From: a virus
Taxonomy: Duplodnaviria > Caudoviricetes
Direction: 5' to 3' (one strand)
IMG/VR virus record: IMGVR_UViG_3300017978_000037
Coordinates: 1 to 25,666 of that record
Length of the DNA: 25,666 nt
Each line of letters opens with the position of its first letter. The first letter of the stretch is position 1. Below, piece after piece: positions 6,036 to 13,482 of this stretch. The notes beneath the pieces are model-generated. The model was not told where the DNA came from. It made no database searches and was given only the letters and a program-made list of their open reading frames with translations. Made by a program: the position numbers and the translations under genes.

Positions 6036-6264
6036 TCATGGAAGAATAGATACTTAAAGACTAAAAAGCTAATAAAATCAATAGTGTTGCTTAAATACAA
6101 CATAGTAGACTGAATAGATACGTAATGTAGACTCTAATCTGGACACAGGAGCAATGCCATAGTGCTCTTGTGGGCTATGAAAGTGGACACAAGAGGTCTA
6201 TGAAGATAGGTGTAACATTGGAGACAGTACCTATAAAATAAATGTAAATAAATAAAGAAATGTC

Positions 6265-6292
6265 TTGACATTTAAGAAAAGAGGTATACAAT
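6265..6292 (+). promoter_or_regulatory. sigma70-type promoter upstream of structured RNA and terS
   Basis: TTGACA-N16-TACAAT with A-rich UP-like sequence. Confidence 0.65.
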
Positions 6293-6299
6293 GCTCTAT

Positions 6300-6457
6300 G
6301 AAGGTAATCCTTCCAAGAACTCAAATGAAGTCTAAGTAGACAAGCTGCTTAGTTAAATACAAGAAGTTCTTTATGAGTAGTCATTACTGACCTTAGTTTC
6401 ATTGAAGATGAACACAAGAGGTTGTATAAGTAAGTAACTACTTCATTTAGATTCTTG
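6300..6457 (+). ncRNA. candidate structured ncRNA or leader
   Basis: Several nested stems found by eye, starting at the predicted transcription start; G-U pairs favour the plus strand. Confidence 0.45.
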
Positions 6458-6558
6458 CTTTAATGTTAAATGTCTTAGTATCTCTAGAGTACTCATAGTA
6501 GTGGGTATCCCTATTGTTACCCCTTACTATTAATAGTCTATCTCCTTAAAGGACAAAG

Positions 6559-6972
6559 ATGACAACCCCAGAAGAGCCAGTTAAACGTAAGGCAGGAAGA
6601 CCCAAGAAGGGTGAGATAGTAGCCAAGAAGAAAGGCCATAGAGAGTTACGTGGTCGTCCAGCAGGGGACAAAGCTATCATGGATGAGTACAAAGCTAGGA
6701 TGCTTAACTCACCTAAGTCAGCTAGGGTCTTAGAGGCTATCTTCGATGCTGCCTTAGATCCTGAACATAAGGCTCAGTCAGCAGCATGGAAGCTTATAGT
6801 GGACAGGATCGTACCTGTGTCTTCATTTGAACAAGTTAAACAAGGCGGTGGTACTCCTGCTATTAGCATTAACATTACAGGGCTTACTCAAGCTAGTACT
6901 GTTATTGAGCAAGATGATGTCTCGTACGACAGCACGTCTTATGACATCTCGGATGTAGAGGCTAAGGAATGA
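6559..6972 (+). CDS. terminase small subunit (putative)
   Basis: Basic GRP motifs, helical core, ISINITG beta segment, acidic tail; ATGA overlap with terL. Confidence 0.75.
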   Translation: MTTPEEPVKRKAGRPKKGEIVAKKKGHRELRGRPAGDKAIMDEYKARMLNSPKSARVLEAIFDAALDPEHKAQSAAWKLIVDRIVPVSSFEQVKQGGGTPAISINITGLTQASTVIEQDDVSYDSTSYDISDVEAKE

Positions 6973-8243
6973 CCTCATTGAACTTTGAGCTACTGAAGTG
7001 GCAACAAGAGGTCTTCAAGGACACCCATCGCTTTAAAGTGGTTGCAGCAGGTCGTCGCTGTGGTAAGTCTAGGCTCTCCGCAGTGACCCTGCTCATTGAA
7101 GCTCTGAACTGTCCTGAAGGGTCAGCTGTGATGTACATAGCTCCTACCCTCGGACAAGCTAGAACTATTATGTGGGACTTACTGAATGACTTAGGTAGAC
7201 AAGTCATCAAGTCCTCCCATGTAAATAACTTGGAGATTACTCTTGTCAATGGAAGAAAGATCCTTGTTCGAGGGGCTGATAATCCCGATTCTCTTCGTGG
7301 TGTCTCTCTTACTTATGTCGTTCTAGACGAGTGTGCCTTTATTAAGGAAGACGTATGGCAGAAGATCATCCGAGCTTCCTTGTCAGATAAGAAGGGTAGA
7401 GCCTTGTTCATTTCCACTCCTAGTGGACGTAACTGGTTCTACGAGGTCTTCAAGCTAGGACAGGCAGAGGATGAGAGTCCCCAAGGGGACGTAGAGTGGC
7501 AGTCATGGCACTTCACCACTAGAGATAACGAGACTATCGATCCTAAAGAGATTGATGCTGCTGAACGTACTCTAAGCTCCTTTGCCTTCAAACAGGAATA
7601 CTTGTCTTCCTTCGATAACGCTGGACAAGAGGTATTCAAAGAGGAATGGTTAAAGACCTCAGAGGAGCCTCAGTACGGTGAGTACGTAGTAGCCATTGAC
7701 TTAGCTGGCTTCGAGGAAGTAGGTAAGAACCCCGGTGCTGCTAAGTCTAGACTTGATGAATCAGCTATAGCCATTGTCAAGATAGAAGACAACGGTAACT
7801 GGTGGGTCAAGGAGATCATAGCTGGTAGATGGGATATTAAGGCTACAGCAGCTAAGATCCTTAACGTAGTACGTGAGTATAAGCCTATCTCTGTTGGCAT
7901 CGAGAAGGGTGCTTTAAAGAACGCTGTAAGCCCTTACCTCAATGACTTGATGAGGAAGAACAACGTCTACTGTCACATCTCAGACCTGACACACGGTAAC
8001 AGGAAGAAGCAAGACAGGGTTGTCTGGTCTTTACAAGGACGTTTAGAGCATGGTCGTATCTCCTTCAACGAGGAAGAGGATTGGAAGGAAACCTTCGATC
8101 AGATCATGATGTTCCCTACAGCAGGGGTTCATGATGATAGGGTTGATGCTCTGTCTTACATTGACCAGTTAGCTGTCACTAGCTACCAACAAGATTACGA
8201 AGAAGATGATTGGGAACCTCTTGACTCAGTGTCAGGATTTTAA
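6969..8243 (+). CDS. terL: terminase large subunit
   Basis: Walker A AGRRCGKS, Walker B VVLDE, STP coupling motif, RNase H-fold IDLA and HDDRVDA. Confidence 0.97.
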   Translation: MTSLNFELLKWQQEVFKDTHRFKVVAAGRRCGKSRLSAVTLLIEALNCPEGSAVMYIAPTLGQARTIMWDLLNDLGRQVIKSSHVNNLEITLVNGRKILVRGADNPDSLRGVSLTYVVLDECAFIKEDVWQKIIRASLSDKKGRALFISTPSGRNWFYEVFKLGQAEDESPQGDVEWQSWHFTTRDNETIDPKEIDAAERTLSSFAFKQEYLSSFDNAGQEVFKEEWLKTSEEPQYGEYVVAIDLAGFEEVGKNPGAAKSRLDESAIAIVKIEDNGNWWVKEIIAGRWDIKATAAKILNVVREYKPISVGIEKGALKNAVSPYLNDLMRKNNVYCHISDLTHGNRKKQDRVVWSLQGRLEHGRISFNEEEDWKETFDQIMMFPTAGVHDDRVDALSYIDQLAVTSYQQDYEEDDWEPLDSVSGF

Positions 8244-8258
8244 TATCTAAGGATTTAT

Positions 8259-8756
8259 ATGTCGGATTGGATTAACCAGTACCTTCAATTTAAAGAAACA
8301 CCGTGGTCGCCTACAGTGTTGCCTGAAGCTGAAGAACAGAAGTTTAAAGATTGGTTGCAGAACACTCAGATCTTTAAAGCTACTAAGCAAGACATTGCAG
8401 CTGAGAACGGCATTCCTGCTGATAAGTTAGACAATCAGCGTCTCATTGAGATGATGCTTAAAAACTCTGATTACGACTATCGTGGAGCCTTTAAGGACAA
8501 CATGAAGGAGAGTATCAGCAAGGAAGACAACAGGCCACACATGCTGTCTTCTACTAGCACAGGTCAAATGTTGAAGGATCCTTCCCATCCGACTGCGTGG
8601 AAAGAGTTCTTCATGCGTCAGTACAAGGTCGATCCTGACACTATTGGCCTACATGACTTTGAGACTGCTAAAGGGTGGCAAGACCAGATTAACAATAATC
8701 AGCCTCAACCAGCTAATGTCTTTTACAAGGATCCTTTAGGCTTTACTATTAAATAA
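8259..8756 (+). CDS. hypothetical protein between terL and portal
   Basis: 165 aa, AAGGA SD; DYDYRGAF and LKDPSHPT motifs; ends YKDPLGFTIK. Confidence 0.8.
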   Translation: MSDWINQYLQFKETPWSPTVLPEAEEQKFKDWLQNTQIFKATKQDIAAENGIPADKLDNQRLIEMMLKNSDYDYRGAFKDNMKESISKEDNRPHMLSSTSTGQMLKDPSHPTAWKEFFMRQYKVDPDTIGLHDFETAKGWQDQINNNQPQPANVFYKDPLGFTIK

Positions 8757-8759
8757 AGC

Positions 8760-8788
8760 TTGACAAAGTAATTAAAAAGATGTATAGT
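8760..8788 (+). promoter_or_regulatory. sigma70-type promoter upstream of portal
   Basis: TTGACA-N17-TATAGT. Confidence 0.75.
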
Positions 8789-8820
8789 GCGTTTAACTAA
8801 TTAGAGAAAACCTAATACTT

Positions 8821-10842
8821 ATGGCAGAAAATATGGATAACAACGAAGGTACGAAGTGGGAAGAGCCCACAGAGTCCGACAAAGAACTCACGAGCTTCGT
8901 TGTTGAGCATTGTGACCGTTGGCGTGATTACCGTGATACTAACTTCCTAGACGCGTGGGAAGAGTATGAGCGTATCTTCCGTGGTCAGTGGGCCGCTAAC
9001 GATAAGACTCGTGAATCTGAGCGCTCTAAGCTAGTCTCCCCTGCTACACAGCAGGCTGTTGAGACTCGTCACGCTGAGATCATGGAAGCTATCTTCGGTC
9101 AAGGTGACTTCTTCGACATTGAGGATGATCTCCAAGATGTGAACGGTAATGAGATTGACGTAGAGCTTCTCAAGGCTCAGTTGATGGAAGACTTCTCCAA
9201 GGATAAGATCCGTAAGTCCATCGACCAAATCGAACTCATGGCTGAGATCTACGGTACAGGTATCGGTGAGATCGTGGTTAAGGATGAGATCGAGTACGTT
9301 CCATCTACTCAGCCTATCCCCGGCGTACAAGGCCAAGCAGCCATTGGCGTACAGGAAAGACCTCGTACAGCGGTGAAGATCGTACCTGTTAACCCTAAGA
9401 ACTTCCTGTTTGACCCTAACGGTACATCCATTGAAGAGTGTATGGGTATTGGTATCGAGAAGTACGTTTCGATGCACAAGATTGTTAAAGGTATGGAAGA
9501 CGGTATCTATCGCAAGGTAGACATTGGTCCTATGTACTCTGAAGACTCCCTTGAAGCTACCCAAGAGTCTACTCAGTTCAAGGACGACAAGGTTAAGCTT
9601 TTGACTTACTACGGCCTAGTGCCTCGTGAGTACTTGGAGCAGCTTGAGAATGACGGTGAGGAAGTTGTTGACTTGTTCCCTGAAGACTCTACCGCTGACG
9701 ACTACTCTGACTTGGTGGAAGCTATCATCGTGATCGGTAATGACTCCCTTCTCTTGAAGGCTGAGGCTAACCCTTACATGATGAAGGACCGTCCTGTTGT
9801 CTTGTATCAAGACGATACAGTACCTAATCGTTTGTTGGGTCGTGGGACGGTTGAGAAGGCCTACAACATGCAAAAGGCAGTGGACGCACAGATCCGTAGC
9901 CATTTGGATTCTCTAGCCCTCACAAGCGCTCCTATGATCGCTATGGATGCTACTCGTCTCCCACGAGGTGCTAAGTTCGAGGTGAAGCCCGGTAAGGCTA
10001 TCTTGACCAATGGTGCTCCAAGTGAGATCTTGTTCCCATTCACATTCGGTCAGACAGGCACCAACAACCTGACTACCTCTAAAGAGTTCGAGCGTATGCT
10101 TCTCCAAGCTACAGGTACTCTCGACTCCCAAGGCATGGTGTCTTCTGTGTCTCGTGATGCGGGTCAAGGCGGTATTTCGATGGCTGTTGCCTCGATTATC
10201 AAGAAGTACAAGCGTACCTTGACTAACTTCCAAGAAGATTTCCTGATGCCTTTCATTAAGAAGGCTGCTTTCCGCTATATGCAGTTCGATCCTGAGCGTT
10301 ATCCCTCAGTTGACATGAACTTTGTGCCTACAGCTACATTGGGAATCATGGCTCGTGAGTACGAACAACAGCAGTTTATCTCTCTGTTGCAGACTCTCGG
10401 CCCTAATACTCCTGTTTTGCCTGTTATCTTGAAGGGTATCGTCTCTAACAGCTCTCTGAGCAACCGTTTTGAAATGATGGCTGAGTTGGACAAGATGTCA
10501 CAGCCTAATCCTGAACAGCAGCAGATGCAAATGATGCAGGATCAGCTCAAGATGCAAGCAGCACAGGCTCAATTAGCCTTGTTGCAGGCTCAAACGGCTG
10601 AAAAGATGGCTAATGCACAGCAGACACAGGTTGAGACTCAGATGATGCCTGTTGAACTGCAAGCGAAGATGGTTACAGCAGCTTCTACTAACCTTAATCA
10701 AGGCGATGACTTCGAAAGACGCCTGAAATTGGCTGATTTGATGCTCAAAGAGAAGAATGTGAACCTGAAAGTAGCAGATATTGCCTCTAATGAGCGTATT
10801 GCTACTATGCAGATGATGAATAAGCAAAATAAATTACAATAA
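8821..10842 (+). CDS. portal protein (P22-like, C-terminal coiled-coil barrel)
   Basis: 673 aa after terL, YGTGIG motif, Gln/Met-rich helical C-terminus. Confidence 0.92.
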   Translation: MAENMDNNEGTKWEEPTESDKELTSFVVEHCDRWRDYRDTNFLDAWEEYERIFRGQWAANDKTRESERSKLVSPATQQAVETRHAEIMEAIFGQGDFFDIEDDLQDVNGNEIDVELLKAQLMEDFSKDKIRKSIDQIELMAEIYGTGIGEIVVKDEIEYVPSTQPIPGVQGQAAIGVQERPRTAVKIVPVNPKNFLFDPNGTSIEECMGIGIEKYVSMHKIVKGMEDGIYRKVDIGPMYSEDSLEATQESTQFKDDKVKLLTYYGLVPREYLEQLENDGEEVVDLFPEDSTADDYSDLVEAIIVIGNDSLLLKAEANPYMMKDRPVVLYQDDTVPNRLLGRGTVEKAYNMQKAVDAQIRSHLDSLALTSAPMIAMDATRLPRGAKFEVKPGKAILTNGAPSEILFPFTFGQTGTNNLTTSKEFERMLLQATGTLDSQGMVSSVSRDAGQGGISMAVASIIKKYKRTLTNFQEDFLMPFIKKAAFRYMQFDPERYPSVDMNFVPTATLGIMAREYEQQQFISLLQTLGPNTPVLPVILKGIVSNSSLSNRFEMMAELDKMSQPNPEQQQMQMMQDQLKMQAAQAQLALLQAQTAEKMANAQQTQVETQMMPVELQAKMVTAASTNLNQGDDFERRLKLADLMLKEKNVNLKVADIASNERIATMQMMNKQNKLQ

Positions 10843-10857
10843 AGTAGTACTTAGGGG

Positions 10858-10886
10858 TTGACAAGTTCATTAAAGTACTATACAGT
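10858..10886 (+). promoter_or_regulatory. sigma70-type promoter
   Basis: TTGACA-N17-TACAGT. Confidence 0.7.
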
Positions 10887-10915
10887 ACACCCTTATTAAC
10901 TATTAGGACTCCATT

Positions 10916-11167
10916 GTGGAACAATCCTTAGAACGATTCTACGAAGATGCTTTTTCAATGATGTCCTCTCAAGGGTGGGCAGACTTAATGGAAGACATCG
11001 AGCGTGTAAAGAATAGCTACGACAAACTATCTGCTGTCACGGAAACACACCCATTAGACTTTCGTCGTGGACAGTTGGATATTTTGAACTGGTTATACGG
11101 CCTGAAAGGGCTGTACGAGAAGGCATACGAAGAACTTCAGAATCAACAAGAAGAGGAGCTACTTTAA
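10916..11167 (+). CDS. conserved post-portal hypothetical protein
   Basis: GTG start, AGGA SD; GW...RGQL motifs typical of this slot. Confidence 0.8.
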   Translation: MEQSLERFYEDAFSMMSSQGWADLMEDIERVKNSYDKLSAVTETHPLDFRRGQLDILNWLYGLKGLYEKAYEELQNQQEEELL

Positions 11168-11401
11168 ATGGCTCGTCGTATTTTTGAATTTGAGTGTGCT
11201 AACTCACATCGCGTGGAAGCTTTTGTTGACGACACAACGACACACCTACCTTGTAGTAAATGTGGTCAAGACGCAACAAGAGTCATAAGCGCAATCCGAT
11301 TGAATCTTGAAGGTTGCTCAGGCTCTTTCCCGACAGCCTCTGATTCATGGGTTCGTAAGCGATCTGAAAAGCTCGCCCAAGAACAAAAGCTGAACTCATA
11401 A
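11168..11401 (+). CDS. FmdB-like zinc-ribbon protein
   Basis: FEFECxxxH ... PCSKCG ... RVIS pattern. Confidence 0.75.
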   Translation: MARRIFEFECANSHRVEAFVDDTTTHLPCSKCGQDATRVISAIRLNLEGCSGSFPTASDSWVRKRSEKLAQEQKLNS

Positions 11402-11459
11402 GTTACTTAGTGACCGAGTTTATTTTAAAAGACTCCTAGAACCACATTAGTTGGCAGGA
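11393..11459 (+). promoter_or_regulatory. twin bulged hairpins in the scaffold translation-initiation region
   Basis: AACTC-ATAA-GTTAC-TTA-GTGAC-C-GAGTT and TCCT-AGAA-CCA-CATTAGT-TGG-C-AGGA. Confidence 0.5.
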
Positions 11460-11468
11460 AAGGGAAAT

Positions 11469-12233
11469 ATGTTAGTAGATGAAGAAGAGACGCAAGGTAA
11501 TTTCGATCAAGTTGAAGAACCCTCGCAAACCATTGAGCAACCTGTAGTAGAAGATACTAAGCCTGCTGTTCCTGAGAAATATCAGGGTAAAAGCGTAGAC
11601 GACATTATCCGAATGCACCAAGAAGCTGAAAAGCTAATCGGTAAGCAAGCTCAAGAAGTTGGTGAAGTTCGTAAACTTGCTGATGACCTTATCAAGCAGA
11701 ACCTCCAAACTAATCACAAACCTATTGTAGAAGAGCCTGAAGTAGATTTCTTTGAAGATCCTCAGAAAGCAATTCAGAACACGGTTAATCGTCATCCAGA
11801 TGTCTTGGCAGCTAAACAAGCCACCCAAGAGTTCAAACGGATGAATATTCAGCAGAAGCTGGCAGCAACACATCCTGACTTCCAACAGGTCGTTCAAGAT
11901 TCAGGGTTCACAGAGTGGGTAAAAGCCTCTCCTGTGCGTCTAAGTTTGTATGCTAAAGCAGATGGTGAATACGATTTTGACAGTGCTAATGAGTTGTTAT
12001 CCACCTATAAACAGTTGAAGCAAGTTCAGACTAAGCAAGTCGCTGCTGTTGATAATACGGCGCGTCAGCAGTCTCTCAAGGCAGCAAGTGTTGACTCAGG
12101 TGGTACTGGTGAATCTTCTAAAAAGATCTATCGACGCGCTGACCTTATTCAGCTCAGGATGCGTGACCCAGATCGTTATGAAGCCCTCCAACCAGAGATT
12201 ATGGCTGCATACGCTGAAGGCCGCATCAAATAA
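11469..12233 (+). CDS. capsid scaffolding protein
   Basis: Directly before the capsid gene; acidic N-terminus, PEKYQGKS, helical, ends AYAEGRIK; ATG 11469 has an AGGA/AGGG SD. Confidence 0.85.
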   Translation: MLVDEEETQGNFDQVEEPSQTIEQPVVEDTKPAVPEKYQGKSVDDIIRMHQEAEKLIGKQAQEVGEVRKLADDLIKQNLQTNHKPIVEEPEVDFFEDPQKAIQNTVNRHPDVLAAKQATQEFKRMNIQQKLAATHPDFQQVVQDSGFTEWVKASPVRLSLYAKADGEYDFDSANELLSTYKQLKQVQTKQVAAVDNTARQQSLKAASVDSGGTGESSKKIYRRADLIQLRMRDPDRYEALQPEIMAAYAEGRIK

Positions 12234-12268
12234 CTTTTGTTTTTATCTAATCATCAAGGACTTTTAAA

Positions 12269-13225
12269 ATGGCACTCGGTACTTCCCATGTAACCACCAC
12301 CACGGCAGCTAACTTCATTCCAGAAATTTGGAGTGATGAGATTGCTGCTGCGTATAAGAAAAACCTCGTTGCTGCGAACCTCATCAAGAAGATGTCGTTC
12401 AAGGGCAAGAAAGGTGACACCGTTCACATTCCAGTTCCTACCCGTGGTACTGCGTCTGCTAAGGCTGCTTCGACTCAAGTAACATTGATCGCTGCAACTG
12501 AAGGCGTTGTGGACATCTCCATCAACAAACACTATGAATATAGCCGTTTGATCGAAGATATCGTCGAAGCTCAAGCTTTGTCTAGCCTGCGTTCGTTCTA
12601 CACTGACGACGCTGGTTACGCACTCGCTAAGCAAATCGACACTGATATCATCCAGTTGGGTCGTTTGGCTAACGGTGGCAGCACTGGCGCTCGTTACGGT
12701 TCCGCCTACATCGGTGGCGACGGTACTACAGCGTTTGACTACACTGCTAACACCAACACTGGTAACGCTTCTGCTTTGACTGATGCTGCTATCCGCCGCA
12801 CTATCCAACGCTTGGATGATTCTGACGTTCCTATGGACGGTCGTTTCTTCATCATCCCTCCTTCAAGCCGTAACACCTTGATGGGTTTGAGCCGCTACAC
12901 TGAACAAGCCTTCGTTGGTGAGTCAGGTTCGGGCAACACCATCCGCAACGGTGAAGTTGGTAACTTGTACGGCATGGGCGTGTTTGTGTCTAGCAACGCT
13001 GATAGCGCTTCTGCTACTTCTGCTTACCCAGCTTCAGGTACTGCTATCGCACGTGTCTGTTTGATGGGTCACAAGGACAGCTTCGCTTTGGTTGAGCAAG
13101 TCGGTATCCGTTCACAAACTCAGTACAAACAAGAATACCTCGGTACTCTGTTTACTGCTGACACATTGTACGGTGTTGGCGAGTTGCGTGACTACGGCGC
13201 TGTTGCCTTGGTTGTGCCAGCTTAA
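12269..13225 (+). CDS. major capsid protein (HK97 fold)
   Basis: FIPEIWS, KGDTVHIP, LDDSDVP, ADTLYG motifs; strongly biased codons. Confidence 0.93.
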   Translation: MALGTSHVTTTTAANFIPEIWSDEIAAAYKKNLVAANLIKKMSFKGKKGDTVHIPVPTRGTASAKAASTQVTLIAATEGVVDISINKHYEYSRLIEDIVEAQALSSLRSFYTDDAGYALAKQIDTDIIQLGRLANGGSTGARYGSAYIGGDGTTAFDYTANTNTGNASALTDAAIRRTIQRLDDSDVPMDGRFFIIPPSSRNTLMGLSRYTEQAFVGESGSGNTIRNGEVGNLYGMGVFVSSNADSASATSAYPASGTAIARVCLMGHKDSFALVEQVGIRSQTQYKQEYLGTLFTADTLYGVGELRDYGAVALVVPA

Positions 13226-13228
13226 TAG

Positions 13229-13276
13229 CTAGACTGAAGGGGCTATCTGCAAAGGTAGCTCCTTTGGCCTGTCTAG
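13229..13276 (+). terminator. post-capsid stem-loop (GCAA tetraloop), weak U tract
   Basis: AAGGGGCTATCT-GCAA-AGGTAGCTCCTT, extended by CTAGAC/GTCTAG. Confidence 0.6.
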
Positions 13277-13291
13277 TGAGGTAGAAAATAA

Positions 13292-13480
13292 ATGGCTAAA
13301 TTTAAATGTATTGTTAGCGGTAACGTGATTGAGTTCACTAACCAAGTAGATATTGACTCTATGGTTGGTCACGAAGGTTACATCAAGCTTGAAGAACAAG
13401 AAGCACCTAAGGAAGTTGTAGTAAAACCTACAGCAGCTAAGAAGACCACCAAAGCAACCACTCAAGTAGAGGCTGAATAA
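13292..13480 (+). CDS. small post-capsid hypothetical protein
   Basis: 62 aa, GAGG SD, Lys/Thr-rich tail. Confidence 0.75.
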   Translation: MAKFKCIVSGNVIEFTNQVDIDSMVGHEGYIKLEEQEAPKEVVVKPTAAKKTTKATTQVEAE

Positions 13481-13482
13481 CT

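Noticed and set aside
5977-6069. Mini CRISPR array
   Set aside because: Only two good copies, a 15-nt gap, no palindromic repeat and no cas genes.
5972-6159. Extra sigma54 promoters at 5972 (plus) and 6144-6159 (minus)
   Set aside because: The first matches only GG-N10-GC; the second has TGGCA but GT in place of the -12 GC.
13190-13230. T7-style capsid frameshift or read-through extension
   Set aside because: Double stop TAA TAG and no slippery heptamer seen.
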